In this document: positions 1-7,438 of the stretch, one piece after another
How the letters are laid out: each line of letters begins with the position of its first letter
How positions within the stretch are numbered: the first letter of the stretch is position 1
IMG/VR virus record: IMGVR_UViG_3300007276_000047
Span: 6,529-70,528 of that record
Source of the DNA: a virus
Lineage: Duplodnaviria; Caudoviricetes
Length of the DNA stretch: 64,000 nt
Direction: 5' to 3' (one strand)
The notes under the pieces: model-generated
Seen by the model: only the letters and a program-made list of their open reading frames with translations
Database searches by the model: none
What the model was told of the DNA's origin: nothing
Program-made: the position numbers and the translations under genes

Positions 1-498
1 GTAGCCTGGGCTGCAATAGCTTTAAGTGAAAAGCATAAGAAGGTAAAAGTAATCATCTGTGAGGGTAATCACGATCTAGCAGGATCTGCCTGGCTTAGGA
101 AATGTATTCTTAAGATTATGGCAAGTAACCCACGTATTGAAGTTGATGATACTAATTTTCCTTATTATGCTCATTTACATGGTACAACTCTTTTAGGTTT
201 CCACCATGGACATAAGAAAGCGAACAAAAGCTTACCCTCATTATTTGCTAGTGAACCTCGTTATAGAGGTATGTGGGGCAAAGCTAAGTACTGCTATATC
301 CATTCTGGTCATTATCACAAACGTGAATCTGATGAAGACAATGGTGCAGTAGTAGAAAGACACCCAACCCTAGCAGCGAGAGATGCTTATGCTGCTAGAG
401 GAGGATATGTTTCTAACAGTGGCGCCTGTGTTATTACTTATAGTAAGACGGCCGGGGAAGTAATTAGGCATTGGGTACTACCTAGATATGTTACTTAG
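1..498 (+). CDS. Calcineurin-like metallophosphoesterase, 5'-truncated by the window edge
   Basis: Frame is open from base 1 (VAWAAIALSEKHKKVKVIICEGNHDLAG...). Contains GNHD, FHHGH and SGHYH metallophosphoesterase motifs. The ORF track starts it at an internal Met (118). Confidence 0.8.
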   Translation, partial: VAWAAIALSEKHKKVKVIICEGNHDLAGSAWLRKCILKIMASNPRIEVDDTNFPYYAHLHGTTLLGFHHGHKKANKSLPSLFASEPRYRGMWGKAKYCYIHSGHYHKRESDEDNGAVVERHPTLAARDAYAARGGYVSNSGACVITYSKTAGEVIRHWVLPRYVT

Positions 499-548
499 GA
501 TAAGCCGTTCCCGGAAGTGAGATTAAAGCTCCACTAATATGTAATCAA

Positions 549-767
549 CTAGGATCTCGTCACCTCTATCCAAGTTAGACTATTTATTGCTGCTAGGGCA
601 ATAAGGGCTCTGAATGCAAATATATTAAACTGCCAGAGAGTAAAAGTAATAATGAGTCCGGATAGAAAAAATATTAAAGTAATATAAAAAATAACAGGCT
701 GTGGAATATTTGATGGATTATCCAGCATTTGTAGTTGTTGATTTAAATTTCTAAATTTAATTTTCAT
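549..767 (-). CDS. Small membrane protein (1-2 TM segments), AT-rich
   Basis: 72-aa ORF with SD GAGGAG and hydrophobic stretch VIFYITLIFFLSGLIITFTLW. Confidence 0.65.
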   Translation of the reverse strand: MKIKFRNLNQQLQMLDNPSNIPQPVIFYITLIFFLSGLIITFTLWQFNIFAFRALIALAAINSLTWIEVTRS

Positions 768-809
768 TTATCTCTCCTCTAATTGTAAAAAAATTATTTT
801 TGTCTGCGC

Positions 810-980
810 TCACTCGCTCACCTCATGTTTGGCTTTGGTTTCTTTGGCTTCGCGTATTTGTCTGTTGATTCGCAAAACTTCTGCGATGCAGGCTAATCCA
901 CCCATAGATAAGTTAGCGTTATTTTCTGTTTCTTTAAGTTCTTCTTTAAGTTTCGCTATAACTTCGTCTATTTCGCTCAT
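810..980 (-). CDS. Hypothetical 56-aa protein (MSEIDEVIAKLKEEL...), not in ORF track
   Basis: Manual translation, ATG 980 to TGA 810. ATGA overlap with the upstream micro-ORF. Confidence 0.6.
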   Translation of the reverse strand: MSEIDEVIAKLKEELKETENNANLSMGGLACIAEVLRINRQIREAKETKAKHEVSE

Positions 981-1021
981 TTCATCACCTTGATTAGGGC
1001 TATCTTTTGTTCGTTACTCAT
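977..1021 (-). CDS. 14-aa micro-ORF MSNEQKIALIKVMK, possible gene relic
   Basis: SD-like GGGGTGAGT before the ATG. Stop overlaps the next ATG. Its first 8 codons match those of the ORF starting at 1646. Confidence 0.35.
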   Translation of the reverse strand: MSNEQKIALIKVMK

Positions 1022-1044
1022 ACTCACCCCACTATTTTGATTGT

Positions 1045-1539
1045 TTAAAAGCCAAGAAGCCTAGACGCACTAACGTCCAGCCCTTTACATATTTTTATAA
1101 TTGCGCTTAATCGCGGCTCTCTGTTTTCGTTCTCATATTGAGATATAACCGTAAACGGCAAGCCACAAGTTATGGCCGCTTCATCTTGCGTCAATCCAAG
1201 TTTGCGGCGTTCGTGCTTGAGATTTGCGGCAAAATTTTCTGAATGGCAAGCGGCGTACTTATCAAATAAGTGATTTGTTTCATCGCCCACCTCGCTCTTA
1301 GCCTTGATTGCTTTTGCTTGCTCTAATGCAAACCCCAACGCAAAACTTGCCCCCTTGTGTTGGTTATATTTTGCGCGAAACTTAGACATCTTTAATCTTT
1401 TTTCTTCGCCTACATAATTGCTTATCTCACCCTCAAGAATCGCAATCACTTCGTCTAGTGCTGGGTTGGTGGGTTCAGCTTTTTGAACGGCTACATCTGA
1501 TAGTATTGCTGTTAATTCATCAAAATCTATCCAGCTCAT
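1045..1539 (-). CDS. XRE/Cro-C1 family helix-turn-helix regulator with N-terminal extension
   Basis: C-terminal LKHERRKLGLTQDEAAITCGLPFTVISQYENENREPRLSAIIKICKGLDVSASRLLG is a classic HTH_3 signature. Confidence 0.85.
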   Translation of the reverse strand: MSWIDFDELTAILSDVAVQKAEPTNPALDEVIAILEGEISNYVGEEKRLKMSKFRAKYNQHKGASFALGFALEQAKAIKAKSEVGDETNHLFDKYAACHSENFAANLKHERRKLGLTQDEAAITCGLPFTVISQYENENREPRLSAIIKICKGLDVSASRLLGF

Positions 1540-1646
1540 CTCTTGCCTCCTGTCGATGGGTCAGCACAACACTCTGGCTGTAAGTAAATAATTTCAGGGT
1601 CTTTTGTTTCGCTCATTTCATCTGCTATTTTTTGTTCGTTACTCAT
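1536..1646 (-). CDS. 36-aa ORF MSNEQKIADEMSETKDPEIIYLQPECCADPSTGGKR, possible chimeric relic
   Basis: SD GGAG. ATGA overlap with the XRE gene start. Internal Met at 1616. Confidence 0.4.
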   Translation of the reverse strand: MSNEQKIADEMSETKDPEIIYLQPECCADPSTGGKR

Positions 1647-1842
1647 ACTCGCTCCGTTTTTCATTATTCATAGGTGTCTTATTTACTAACTCCAATGACT
1701 CATACCCAAAGGATTGTGTTTCTGTGGGAACAACCTCTAGATGCCCGCCCCAAGTCATCCCAACAACTTTGTATTCATCGCCGTGACTGTCTTTAACCAG
1801 CGTTCCAATACAGCAACTCTGTATAAATTCTTCCTTAGTCAT
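1639..1842 (-). CDS. Hypothetical protein (MTKEEFIQSCC...)
   Basis: ORF track 1639..1857. Start moved to 1842, which follows GGAGCGAGT. Confidence 0.6.
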   Translation of the reverse strand: MTKEEFIQSCCIGTLVKDSHGDEYKVVGMTWGGHLEVVPTETQSFGYESLELVNKTPMNNEKRSEYE

Positions 1843-1957
1843 ACTCGCTCCGTTCAAAATTCATGCAAAATTGCTTATGTTCGAGTTTCATCACTTAACG
1901 CTAGAGTTATGTATCAATTCAGTGATACGTTCTAGCGTTAAGTGTGCGGTTTAAACC

Positions 1958-2215
1958 TTACCGTTCTACTCCTTCTCTAGATTGAGTGTATCCGTCTATA
2001 ACGACATATAAGGTATAAACCTTATCATCCATCACACACATGGTTTTCTCGCTAACAGCCTTACAGTACCTCGTGTGAGAGTATCCATTTACTGCTAGCA
2101 AGGTAAGTATTACAGCTGTAGCTATAAGGATTCCTACTAGTTGTACAGGGATTCCTTTAGATGCTGTTCTGCGTGGTTTACGTTTGGTTTTTGGTTTCGT
2201 TGTAGTGGTAGTCAT
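1958..2215 (-). CDS. Membrane-anchored hypothetical protein with basic N-terminus
   Basis: 85 aa: K/R-rich N-terminus followed by LVGILIATAVILTLLAV. Confidence 0.65.
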   Translation of the reverse strand: MTTTTTKPKTKRKPRRTASKGIPVQLVGILIATAVILTLLAVNGYSHTRYCKAVSEKTMCVMDDKVYTLYVVIDGYTQSREGVER

Positions 2216-2217
2216 AA

Positions 2218-2442
2218 TTACACCTTCTTAGTCGCATTCCATTCGTTTAAATCCTCTAAATGACTTAACATCTGGTCTGTTAAATATCTTTTAGGACGTT
2301 TACTTCCTCTGTTTCGATACTTAGGGAAGCTTCTGAAGCCTTTAGGATTCAGCAGTACATAGGCCATATAGCGTTCTACATAGCTCTTCACGTTAATTCC
2401 GTTAACTACTCCGCTTGGTGCATTTCTCTTATGTTTACTCAT
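2218..2442 (-). CDS. Basic hypothetical protein
   Basis: 74-aa ORF with SD GGAG, tightly packed between neighbours. Confidence 0.65.
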   Translation of the reverse strand: MSKHKRNAPSGVVNGINVKSYVERYMAYVLLNPKGFRSFPKYRNRGSKRPKRYLTDQMLSHLEDLNEWNATKKV

Positions 2443-2451
2443 AGTAATCTC

Positions 2452-2694
2452 CTAGTGAATGTCATCTGTGGTTACGCCTTTGAGTTTAGCTACTCTTCGG
2501 CTTTCTTTAATTTGTTGATATGTACGTACTGTAGGCAGTATTTCCATAGTATGTTCAGCATGTGAAGCTCGCTTAAGTGATCGATAAACAGGCACAAGAT
2601 CCTCTAAGTGATCACTATTGATATAAAAGTTTTTAACTTTCTCACAGCCTTCAAAAGCTTTATAAAAGTCATGCTGTTGTTCGTCAAAAGTCAT
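2452..2694 (-). CDS. Hypothetical protein, paralog A (copy of 5113..5355)
   Basis: 65/80 aa identical to 5113..5355 by manual alignment. Confidence 0.8.
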   Translation of the reverse strand: MTFDEQQHDFYKAFEGCEKVKNFYINSDHLEDLVPVYRSLKRASHAEHTMEILPTVRTYQQIKESRRVAKLKGVTTDDIH

Positions 2695-2915
2695 TAGATA
2701 CTCTCCGGGTCTACGATAGTCATCTCTGCTTCTACTAAATCTTGAGAGAATATATCATTGTTATGGAATAGGTATTTTATAGCTATCTTACTCTGCTCTT
2801 CAGGAGAGCAAGCAAAAAAGTTGTCATATTCCTCTTGAGGTACAGCTACAAAAGTAGAAAATTCTACCTTCTGGAAAGCCTTAACCTCTACATTTACTTT
2901 GGGTAGCTTTGTCAT
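2694..2915 (-). CDS. Hypothetical protein
   Basis: 73-aa ORF, TAATG-coupled to the downstream gene. Confidence 0.65.
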   Translation of the reverse strand: MTKLPKVNVEVKAFQKVEFSTFVAVPQEEYDNFFACSPEEQSKIAIKYLFHNNDIFSQDLVEAEMTIVDPESI

Positions 2916-2919
2916 AGTA

Positions 2920-3483
2920 TTATTTTATGGTTAGGTTGAGTTCATCCCCTTCATAATAGTTATGCTCAGGTATCCATAGAAGTAGCTCAGTATCAAATCG
3001 CTGATGAAACTCTAGTTCAGTATTAGCAATAATCTTCCAAGGAAGAGGAATGTTGTTAGTGATACACATATCGATCGAACCCTGTATGGCTCTCTGCTCT
3101 GCGATATCAGTTACATTAATAACTTCAGCACAAGCATCGAATTGAATATGGTGCAGATCATGGAACAGCCAGATAACATGCTCATACTCAGTATTTACAG
3201 TAAAGTTTTCTTTACGTGCAGTTTCTGCCTCGAGTAAGGCATTCATACACAATATAAAGCTGTCTGATCGGGTAGTTTTATACTCCTCGTCCGATTCAAC
3301 GTTATCTAGTTCATCTCGAACTAATTTAGCCATCCATCCTTCTCCGTGATAGATATCTACTTCATCGTAGAAATCTTTTAAGTATTCTGTAGCCACATCA
3401 TTAAAGACATAAGCTGCTTGGCCACTGCTGCCAAAGGGAGTAGAGTCTTCAGTATAGGTTAATTGTATTTCTTCGTACTTCAT
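2920..3483 (-). CDS. Acidic hypothetical protein (WLFHDLHH motif)
   Basis: 187-aa ORF with SD GAGG. Confidence 0.75.
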   Translation of the reverse strand: MKYEEIQLTYTEDSTPFGSSGQAAYVFNDVATEYLKDFYDEVDIYHGEGWMAKLVRDELDNVESDEEYKTTRSDSFILCMNALLEAETARKENFTVNTEYEHVIWLFHDLHHIQFDACAEVINVTDIAEQRAIQGSIDMCITNNIPLPWKIIANTELEFHQRFDTELLLWIPEHNYYEGDELNLTIK

Positions 3484-3586
3484 GGTTGGTTCCTCGTAGT
3501 TACTACATTGGGTAAACTGTCTAACATTCTCATGTAATTTTCCTAGTCAAATTGTATGTTTTCTTTAAGTCTAAGTTAATATTCAT
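3480..3586 (-). CDS. Two chained micro-ORFs: 3530..3586 (MNINLDLKKTYNLTRKIT) and 3480..3533 (MRMLDSLPNVVTTRNQP)
   Basis: Three consecutive ATGA start/stop overlaps bridge the 126-aa and 187-aa genes without a gap. Confidence 0.4.
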
Positions 3587-3963
3587 TTGAGTTCCTTGTT
3601 AAGTAATTGTGGGTTAATTTCGTTAAAAGATTTAACGGTAGTTGCATGGTTCATCCAACGTTCTGGAGTTATACGGGTTAGCCAGTCTTGGATACTAGGT
3701 ATCGTGCCGGCACAGTCTTCCATTACATGCTGTTCTCCTATGTACCTGGTAGGTACTGCTTTACCGTCTGAGTTGATAATTACGGGACCGAACTTCTCCT
3801 CACACCAAAATATTCCTTCAGCATGATGTCGCATAGCTCTATGCCTGAAGTCACAAAAGGTTGACTTAGTTTCGTCAAACCAATTGTGAATTTCTATATA
3901 GTCTTCAGGTTTTCCCCCCCATTTACGAGCAGTTGATTCTGCATGAAAGTAAGTACTAGTCAT
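3583..3963 (-). CDS. DUF6915-like protein (His-rich, possibly metal-binding)
   Basis: HAESTARKWGGKPEDY...HRAMRHHAEG...GEQHVMEDC...IPSIQDWL matches my recollection of DUF6915. Confidence 0.7.
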   Translation of the reverse strand: MTSTYFHAESTARKWGGKPEDYIEIHNWFDETKSTFCDFRHRAMRHHAEGIFWCEEKFGPVIINSDGKAVPTRYIGEQHVMEDCAGTIPSIQDWLTRITPERWMNHATTVKSFNEINPQLLNKELK

Positions 3964-5092
3964 AGTTCACCGTTTCGTTTAAATCAGGGTTATTAAGATT
4001 CCATGTAACCTCATTGCCATAAACTTCTTCTTCAGAGGTGAAGTAAGCGTTTAAAAATGCTTCCTCCTGGGTTACATAGAATGTAAATCTACCACCTCCT
4101 CCAGAATTGTTGTACCAATCAATTTGTACTCTGTCCTGAACATAGTTAGCAATAGAATCGTATAGAGCTGCTTCCAAAGTAGTATCTTCTCTTATTGGAG
4201 TTGCGTTACCATTTATTATTTGTACTATAGGAACATTTACAGGCAGTTCTTGGATAGAAGAGGCTTCTCTCATGTAATTTCCTTGTTTATCATAAAAGTC
4301 TAAACTATCAAAAGATCCATCATCTCCAGACCCTGTAAAGCCTAGCTCAAGCTTCTCTACTTTATGTTCTCTTAATATAGGTAGGCATGTAGCAAGTACT
4401 TCAGGAAGTAATTCTTTTCTCATAGCTACTACATTATTTCTATTATCAACCTGCGTAGCGTAAACCTCTTTTGAAGCATTTAGTCTTTTACAGATACTAT
4501 CTGATACGTCTACAGGTACAGAGCGGTTTAGTTTGTATTTCATTTCTGAAATAACTAGTTTATTGTCTTCAGCTTTAATGGTTAAAGATACTCTTTTTCC
4601 ATCAGCTAAAACTGACATAATTGCATAGTGAGGTTTTAGAGCTGCACTGGCATAGAATCCAGAGCCTATACAGTTTCCTTGATGCATACCTTCTAAAGCT
4701 AAACGTACAGAAGACCTAATAACTCTATTATGTACTTCTTTGGGTAAAAGTTTTAAAACTTCAGAGCCATCAAATACTTTGTTGTCTTCTTTAAGGCGTT
4801 TTATAGCAGCTTTTTTGGCTAAACTATCATGTACCTCCTTCCATTTACGTATACTCCAAGAGATATCGATATGTTTATTAAATTCAATTGCCATATTGAT
4901 AGTATCTTTTATCATACCTGAAGTACCTATCATTAAAGATTGAGTCATTAATACGCTCCAGACTCCTAAAGCATGTTGTTGTAGTTTTGGCATGTATACG
5001 AGTAAAGCTTGAAAACTATCCCACAGATTCTTTGGTGCAATAGTTTCTAAGTAAGCTAGTGAAGCTTGTTGTGATTTTGGTATTTTGATCAT
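3956..5092 (-). CDS. PcfJ-like domain fused to a C-terminal DUF6878-like domain
   Basis: HDSLAK...RLALEGMHQGNCIG (PcfJ-like), then LGFTGSGDDGSFD...DWYNNSGGGGRFTF (DUF6878-like). Confidence 0.65.
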   Translation of the reverse strand: MIKIPKSQQASLAYLETIAPKNLWDSFQALLVYMPKLQQHALGVWSVLMTQSLMIGTSGMIKDTINMAIEFNKHIDISWSIRKWKEVHDSLAKKAAIKRLKEDNKVFDGSEVLKLLPKEVHNRVIRSSVRLALEGMHQGNCIGSGFYASAALKPHYAIMSVLADGKRVSLTIKAEDNKLVISEMKYKLNRSVPVDVSDSICKRLNASKEVYATQVDNRNNVVAMRKELLPEVLATCLPILREHKVEKLELGFTGSGDDGSFDSLDFYDKQGNYMREASSIQELPVNVPIVQIINGNATPIREDTTLEAALYDSIANYVQDRVQIDWYNNSGGGGRFTFYVTQEEAFLNAYFTSEEEVYGNEVTWNLNNPDLNETVNYD

Positions 5093-5112
5093 GGTTAAAT
5101 TCCTGGTTAAGG

Positions 5113-5355
5113 TTAATGAATATCGTCTGTGGTTACGCCTTTAAGTTTAGCTATTTTTCGACTTTCTTTAATTTGTTTATAAGTACGTACTATAGGTAGT
5201 ATTTCTCTAGTATGTTCAGCCCGTTGAGCCTCCTTAAGTGATCGAAATACAGGTGTAAGATCTATTAAGTGATCGCTATTGATATAAAAGTTATTAACTT
5301 TCTTATACCCTTCAAAAGCTTTATAAAATTCATGCTGTTGTTCATCAAAAGTCAT
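5113..5355 (-). CDS. Hypothetical protein, paralog B (copy of 2452..2694)
   Basis: 65/80 aa identical to 2452..2694; roughly 80% nucleotide identity by eye. Confidence 0.8.
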   Translation of the reverse strand: MTFDEQQHEFYKAFEGYKKVNNFYINSDHLIDLTPVFRSLKEAQRAEHTREILPIVRTYKQIKESRKIAKLKGVTTDDIH

Positions 5356-5371
5356 TTAAAATCTCCTTTAG

Positions 5372-5587
5372 TTAATTAGTATCCCCTTCATAAGAGGTAT
5401 CTACTTGGCCTAGCTCATCTAAAAGCTCGAGAGCTTCTTGAATAGCTGTACAAGCAACCATGGCATATTCATAATCTTCTCGTGAGAGTTTCTTAGTTGT
5501 ATGCCGACGACCTATCAGAGTTTCTTCTAGGCCTCCTGCTTTAGTTTCTAACGTAGTGTTTAAGTCCTCTATTTGAGTTCTAATCAT
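5372..5587 (-). CDS. Hypothetical protein
   Basis: 71-aa ORF abutting the upstream gene. Confidence 0.6.
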   Translation of the reverse strand: MIRTQIEDLNTTLETKAGGLEETLIGRRHTTKKLSREDYEYAMVACTAIQEALELLDELGQVDTSYEGDTN

Positions 5588-6010
5588 TTATTTCTCCTTA
5601 ACTATAAATTCGCCTTTCTCTAAGAGATCAGCTATTTCTGGGTGGGTTAGTTCTATAGTAGTATGTTTTAATAAAGTGACAGCTCCGTCATTAAGATTAG
5701 CTAAATTAGTCACATTCCTTAGGTTTACTTGTATTTCTAAATCTTCTAAATCTACAGCAAACATATAATTTTCATACGAAAAGTCTATTTCTCCCGGCAA
5801 TCCCCAACTTTCATCCTCAGGCGCTAAAGCTTCTTCCCAGGGCATATTGTCTACTTCCTGAGCTACTACCATTAAGCAGCAAGCAGCAGATTTATTTTTA
5901 GGATCTGTCAAAGATCCAGTGTGCTTTGTGTATTTACCTGAACGTAAGGCAGTTATCGTTAGTTCAAGTTTTTCTTTATCTAAATCTGAAGTGTCTATTG
6001 TTAATTTCAT
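5588..6010 (-). CDS. Conserved phage hypothetical protein (LRSGxY..CCL..LND..EIAD family)
   Basis: ALRSGKYTKHTGSL..ACCLMVV..LANLNDG..HPEIADLLE pattern, common in phage early regions. Confidence 0.7.
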   Translation of the reverse strand: MKLTIDTSDLDKEKLELTITALRSGKYTKHTGSLTDPKNKSAACCLMVVAQEVDNMPWEEALAPEDESWGLPGEIDFSYENYMFAVDLEDLEIQVNLRNVTNLANLNDGAVTLLKHTTIELTHPEIADLLEKGEFIVKEK

Positions 6011-6258
6011 TGTAAGTTCCTTGGCGTAGATTTAAGTACTTTAGAGAGCTTTTCGAGTAAACTAGTAGAGGCTTCTAGTGAATCTTTTATAGCTTCAAAA
6101 GCCTCAGCTCTTTCTGTAGCTGTGAGGGGTAAGTCGGTTTTGGCACTTACTAAATTAATAGGAAGTCCCTCTTCTATTAGTGGAGTTAGATTATTTATCT
6201 CATTTCCGAGTAAATATATTATTCCTCTTATTTCATTAGGTTCTAATTCTATATACAT
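6007..6258 (-). CDS. Hypothetical protein
   Basis: 83-aa ORF with ATGA overlap to the next gene. Confidence 0.65.
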   Translation of the reverse strand: MYIELEPNEIRGIIYLLGNEINNLTPLIEEGLPINLVSAKTDLPLTATERAEAFEAIKDSLEASTSLLEKLSKVLKSTPRNLQ

Positions 6259-6620
6259 AGTCTGTATCTCTTAGTTGGTGAGTGTTTGAGCACAGATTAC
6301 CCTAACCCGGGAGCATTCCTAGGCTAGGCTAATCGGGCAAGAAGGCTATCTTAGTTGGAGCCGTGTCTTCGCATACGATCTTCGTTGTCCTCACCCCATC
6401 CATGGGGCTTTTACTTCTAAGTAACCGATGTCAACGAATCTAGACCCTTACCGGTTACCTAATTTTACGTACATGAACAGTGACAATCCTTGCGACAGAT
6501 AATGTACAAGCTCTAGGAGCATTGGTAATAGTAAGGTATTTGACTGAGGAAGTCATATGAATTTAAGTTATGGAAGAAGTGGTATGTTATGCGGTTATAT
6601 CTAGGCTCTTTAGATATTCC
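6259..6620 (-). ncRNA. Candidate structured non-coding RNA or long 5' leader
   Basis: No credible ORF. At least 8 inverted-repeat helices, a G-U pair favouring the minus strand, and an extended -10 (TGGTATAAC) just upstream. Confidence 0.4.
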
Positions 6621-6625
6621 TATGG

Positions 6626-6680
6626 GTTATACCAATAATTACTATAAATCATTAGTCAATTTATAGGAAATTTATATAAT
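6626..6680. promoter_or_regulatory. Divergent sigma70-like promoter pair
   Basis: Minus strand: TGnTATAAC at 6634-6626. Plus strand: TAGTCA (6653-6658), 16 bp spacer, TATAAT (6675-6680). Confidence 0.45.
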
Positions 6681-6713
6681 GCGGCAACATTTAACAGTCA
6701 CCTAGGTACCCCA

Positions 6714-6815
6714 ATGATTTTAGAACTTAATACTAGTAACTTAGCAAGTACACTTGAGACTGTTATGAGTCTCATCATTGCATTCTTACCATTAGCTTTA
6801 GTATTTACAATGTAA
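6714..6815 (+). CDS. 33-aa hydrophobic peptide MILELNTSNLASTLETVMSLIIAFLPLALVFTM, antisense to the local gene flow
   Basis: Manual translation. TAGGT SD 6 nt upstream, perfect TATAAT upstream, single TM segment. Confidence 0.5.
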   Translation: MILELNTSNLASTLETVMSLIIAFLPLALVFTM

Positions 6816-6825
6816 GTTAATCGAT

Positions 6826-7293
6826 TCATACATACCCTTGAGAAGGTAACTCTCCTAAACGTTCGGAATCTTTGATATCTTCTTTGCAGATAACTAGATT
6901 ATTGTCCTGTTTAAGGTAATCGCTAAGAGGTATATGAGGTGTGTTCCCAAAGTTGAACTTAGAGGTACTTGTACGCTCGACGTACATAAACTTAAAGCCG
7001 TCCGATAATCCTTTGCCTTGTACCCAGGCATCTGGATCTTCGTTACCTTGCTCATCTACGTATGTAGAGTCACAATTCCTTTCGTAACCAGTAGCTTGGA
7101 GTAAATCTAGCTCTTCATCTATGCTATAGTCTTCTCCGCAGCAACTACAGGTAACTCTCTCTGGAGAGTGTCCAAATCGATTATAGAAAATCACTTTAGC
7201 TTCTTCTACTGGGGCTTCTATGTAAATAAACGCGTAAGGTTCTTTACTTCCTCCACCAGAATGCATATCCATAAATCTAGTCCATGTGTTCAT
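6826..7293 (-). CDS. Conserved phage protein with CxCC motif (FMDMHSGGG...CSCCGEDYS)
   Basis: 155-aa ORF with SD GGGGAG. Confidence 0.75.
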   Translation of the reverse strand: MNTWTRFMDMHSGGGSKEPYAFIYIEAPVEEAKVIFYNRFGHSPERVTCSCCGEDYSIDEELDLLQATGYERNCDSTYVDEQGNEDPDAWVQGKGLSDGFKFMYVERTSTSKFNFGNTPHIPLSDYLKQDNNLVICKEDIKDSERLGELPSQGYV

Positions 7294-7306
7294 TACTTTC
7301 TCCCCT

Positions 7307-7438
7307 CTAGGTTGATAATCCGTTCGTGTAAAATTTCAACTTTTGGTTCAGTAGTTTTATTTGCTCTACTAACAATTTGTTAACTTCTTGTTGTTGGTCG
7401 TTTATTTTTATTTGTAGTTTGTCCGTTAAGTTACTCAT
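7307..7438 (-). CDS. 43-aa coiled-coil-like protein (MSNLTDKLQIKIND...), not in ORF track
   Basis: Manual translation. TAATG overlap with the upstream gene. Confidence 0.55.
   Translation of the reverse strand: MSNLTDKLQIKINDQQQEVNKLLVEQIKLLNQKLKFYTNGLST

Noticed and set aside
6270-6560. RNase P-like (GAGGAAGTC) and tmRNA-like (GGGTCTAGATTCG, terminal CACCA) fragments
   Set aside because: The RNase P-like word lacks a correctly placed partner region. There is no T-arm or acceptor stem for tmRNA and no plausible tag frame.
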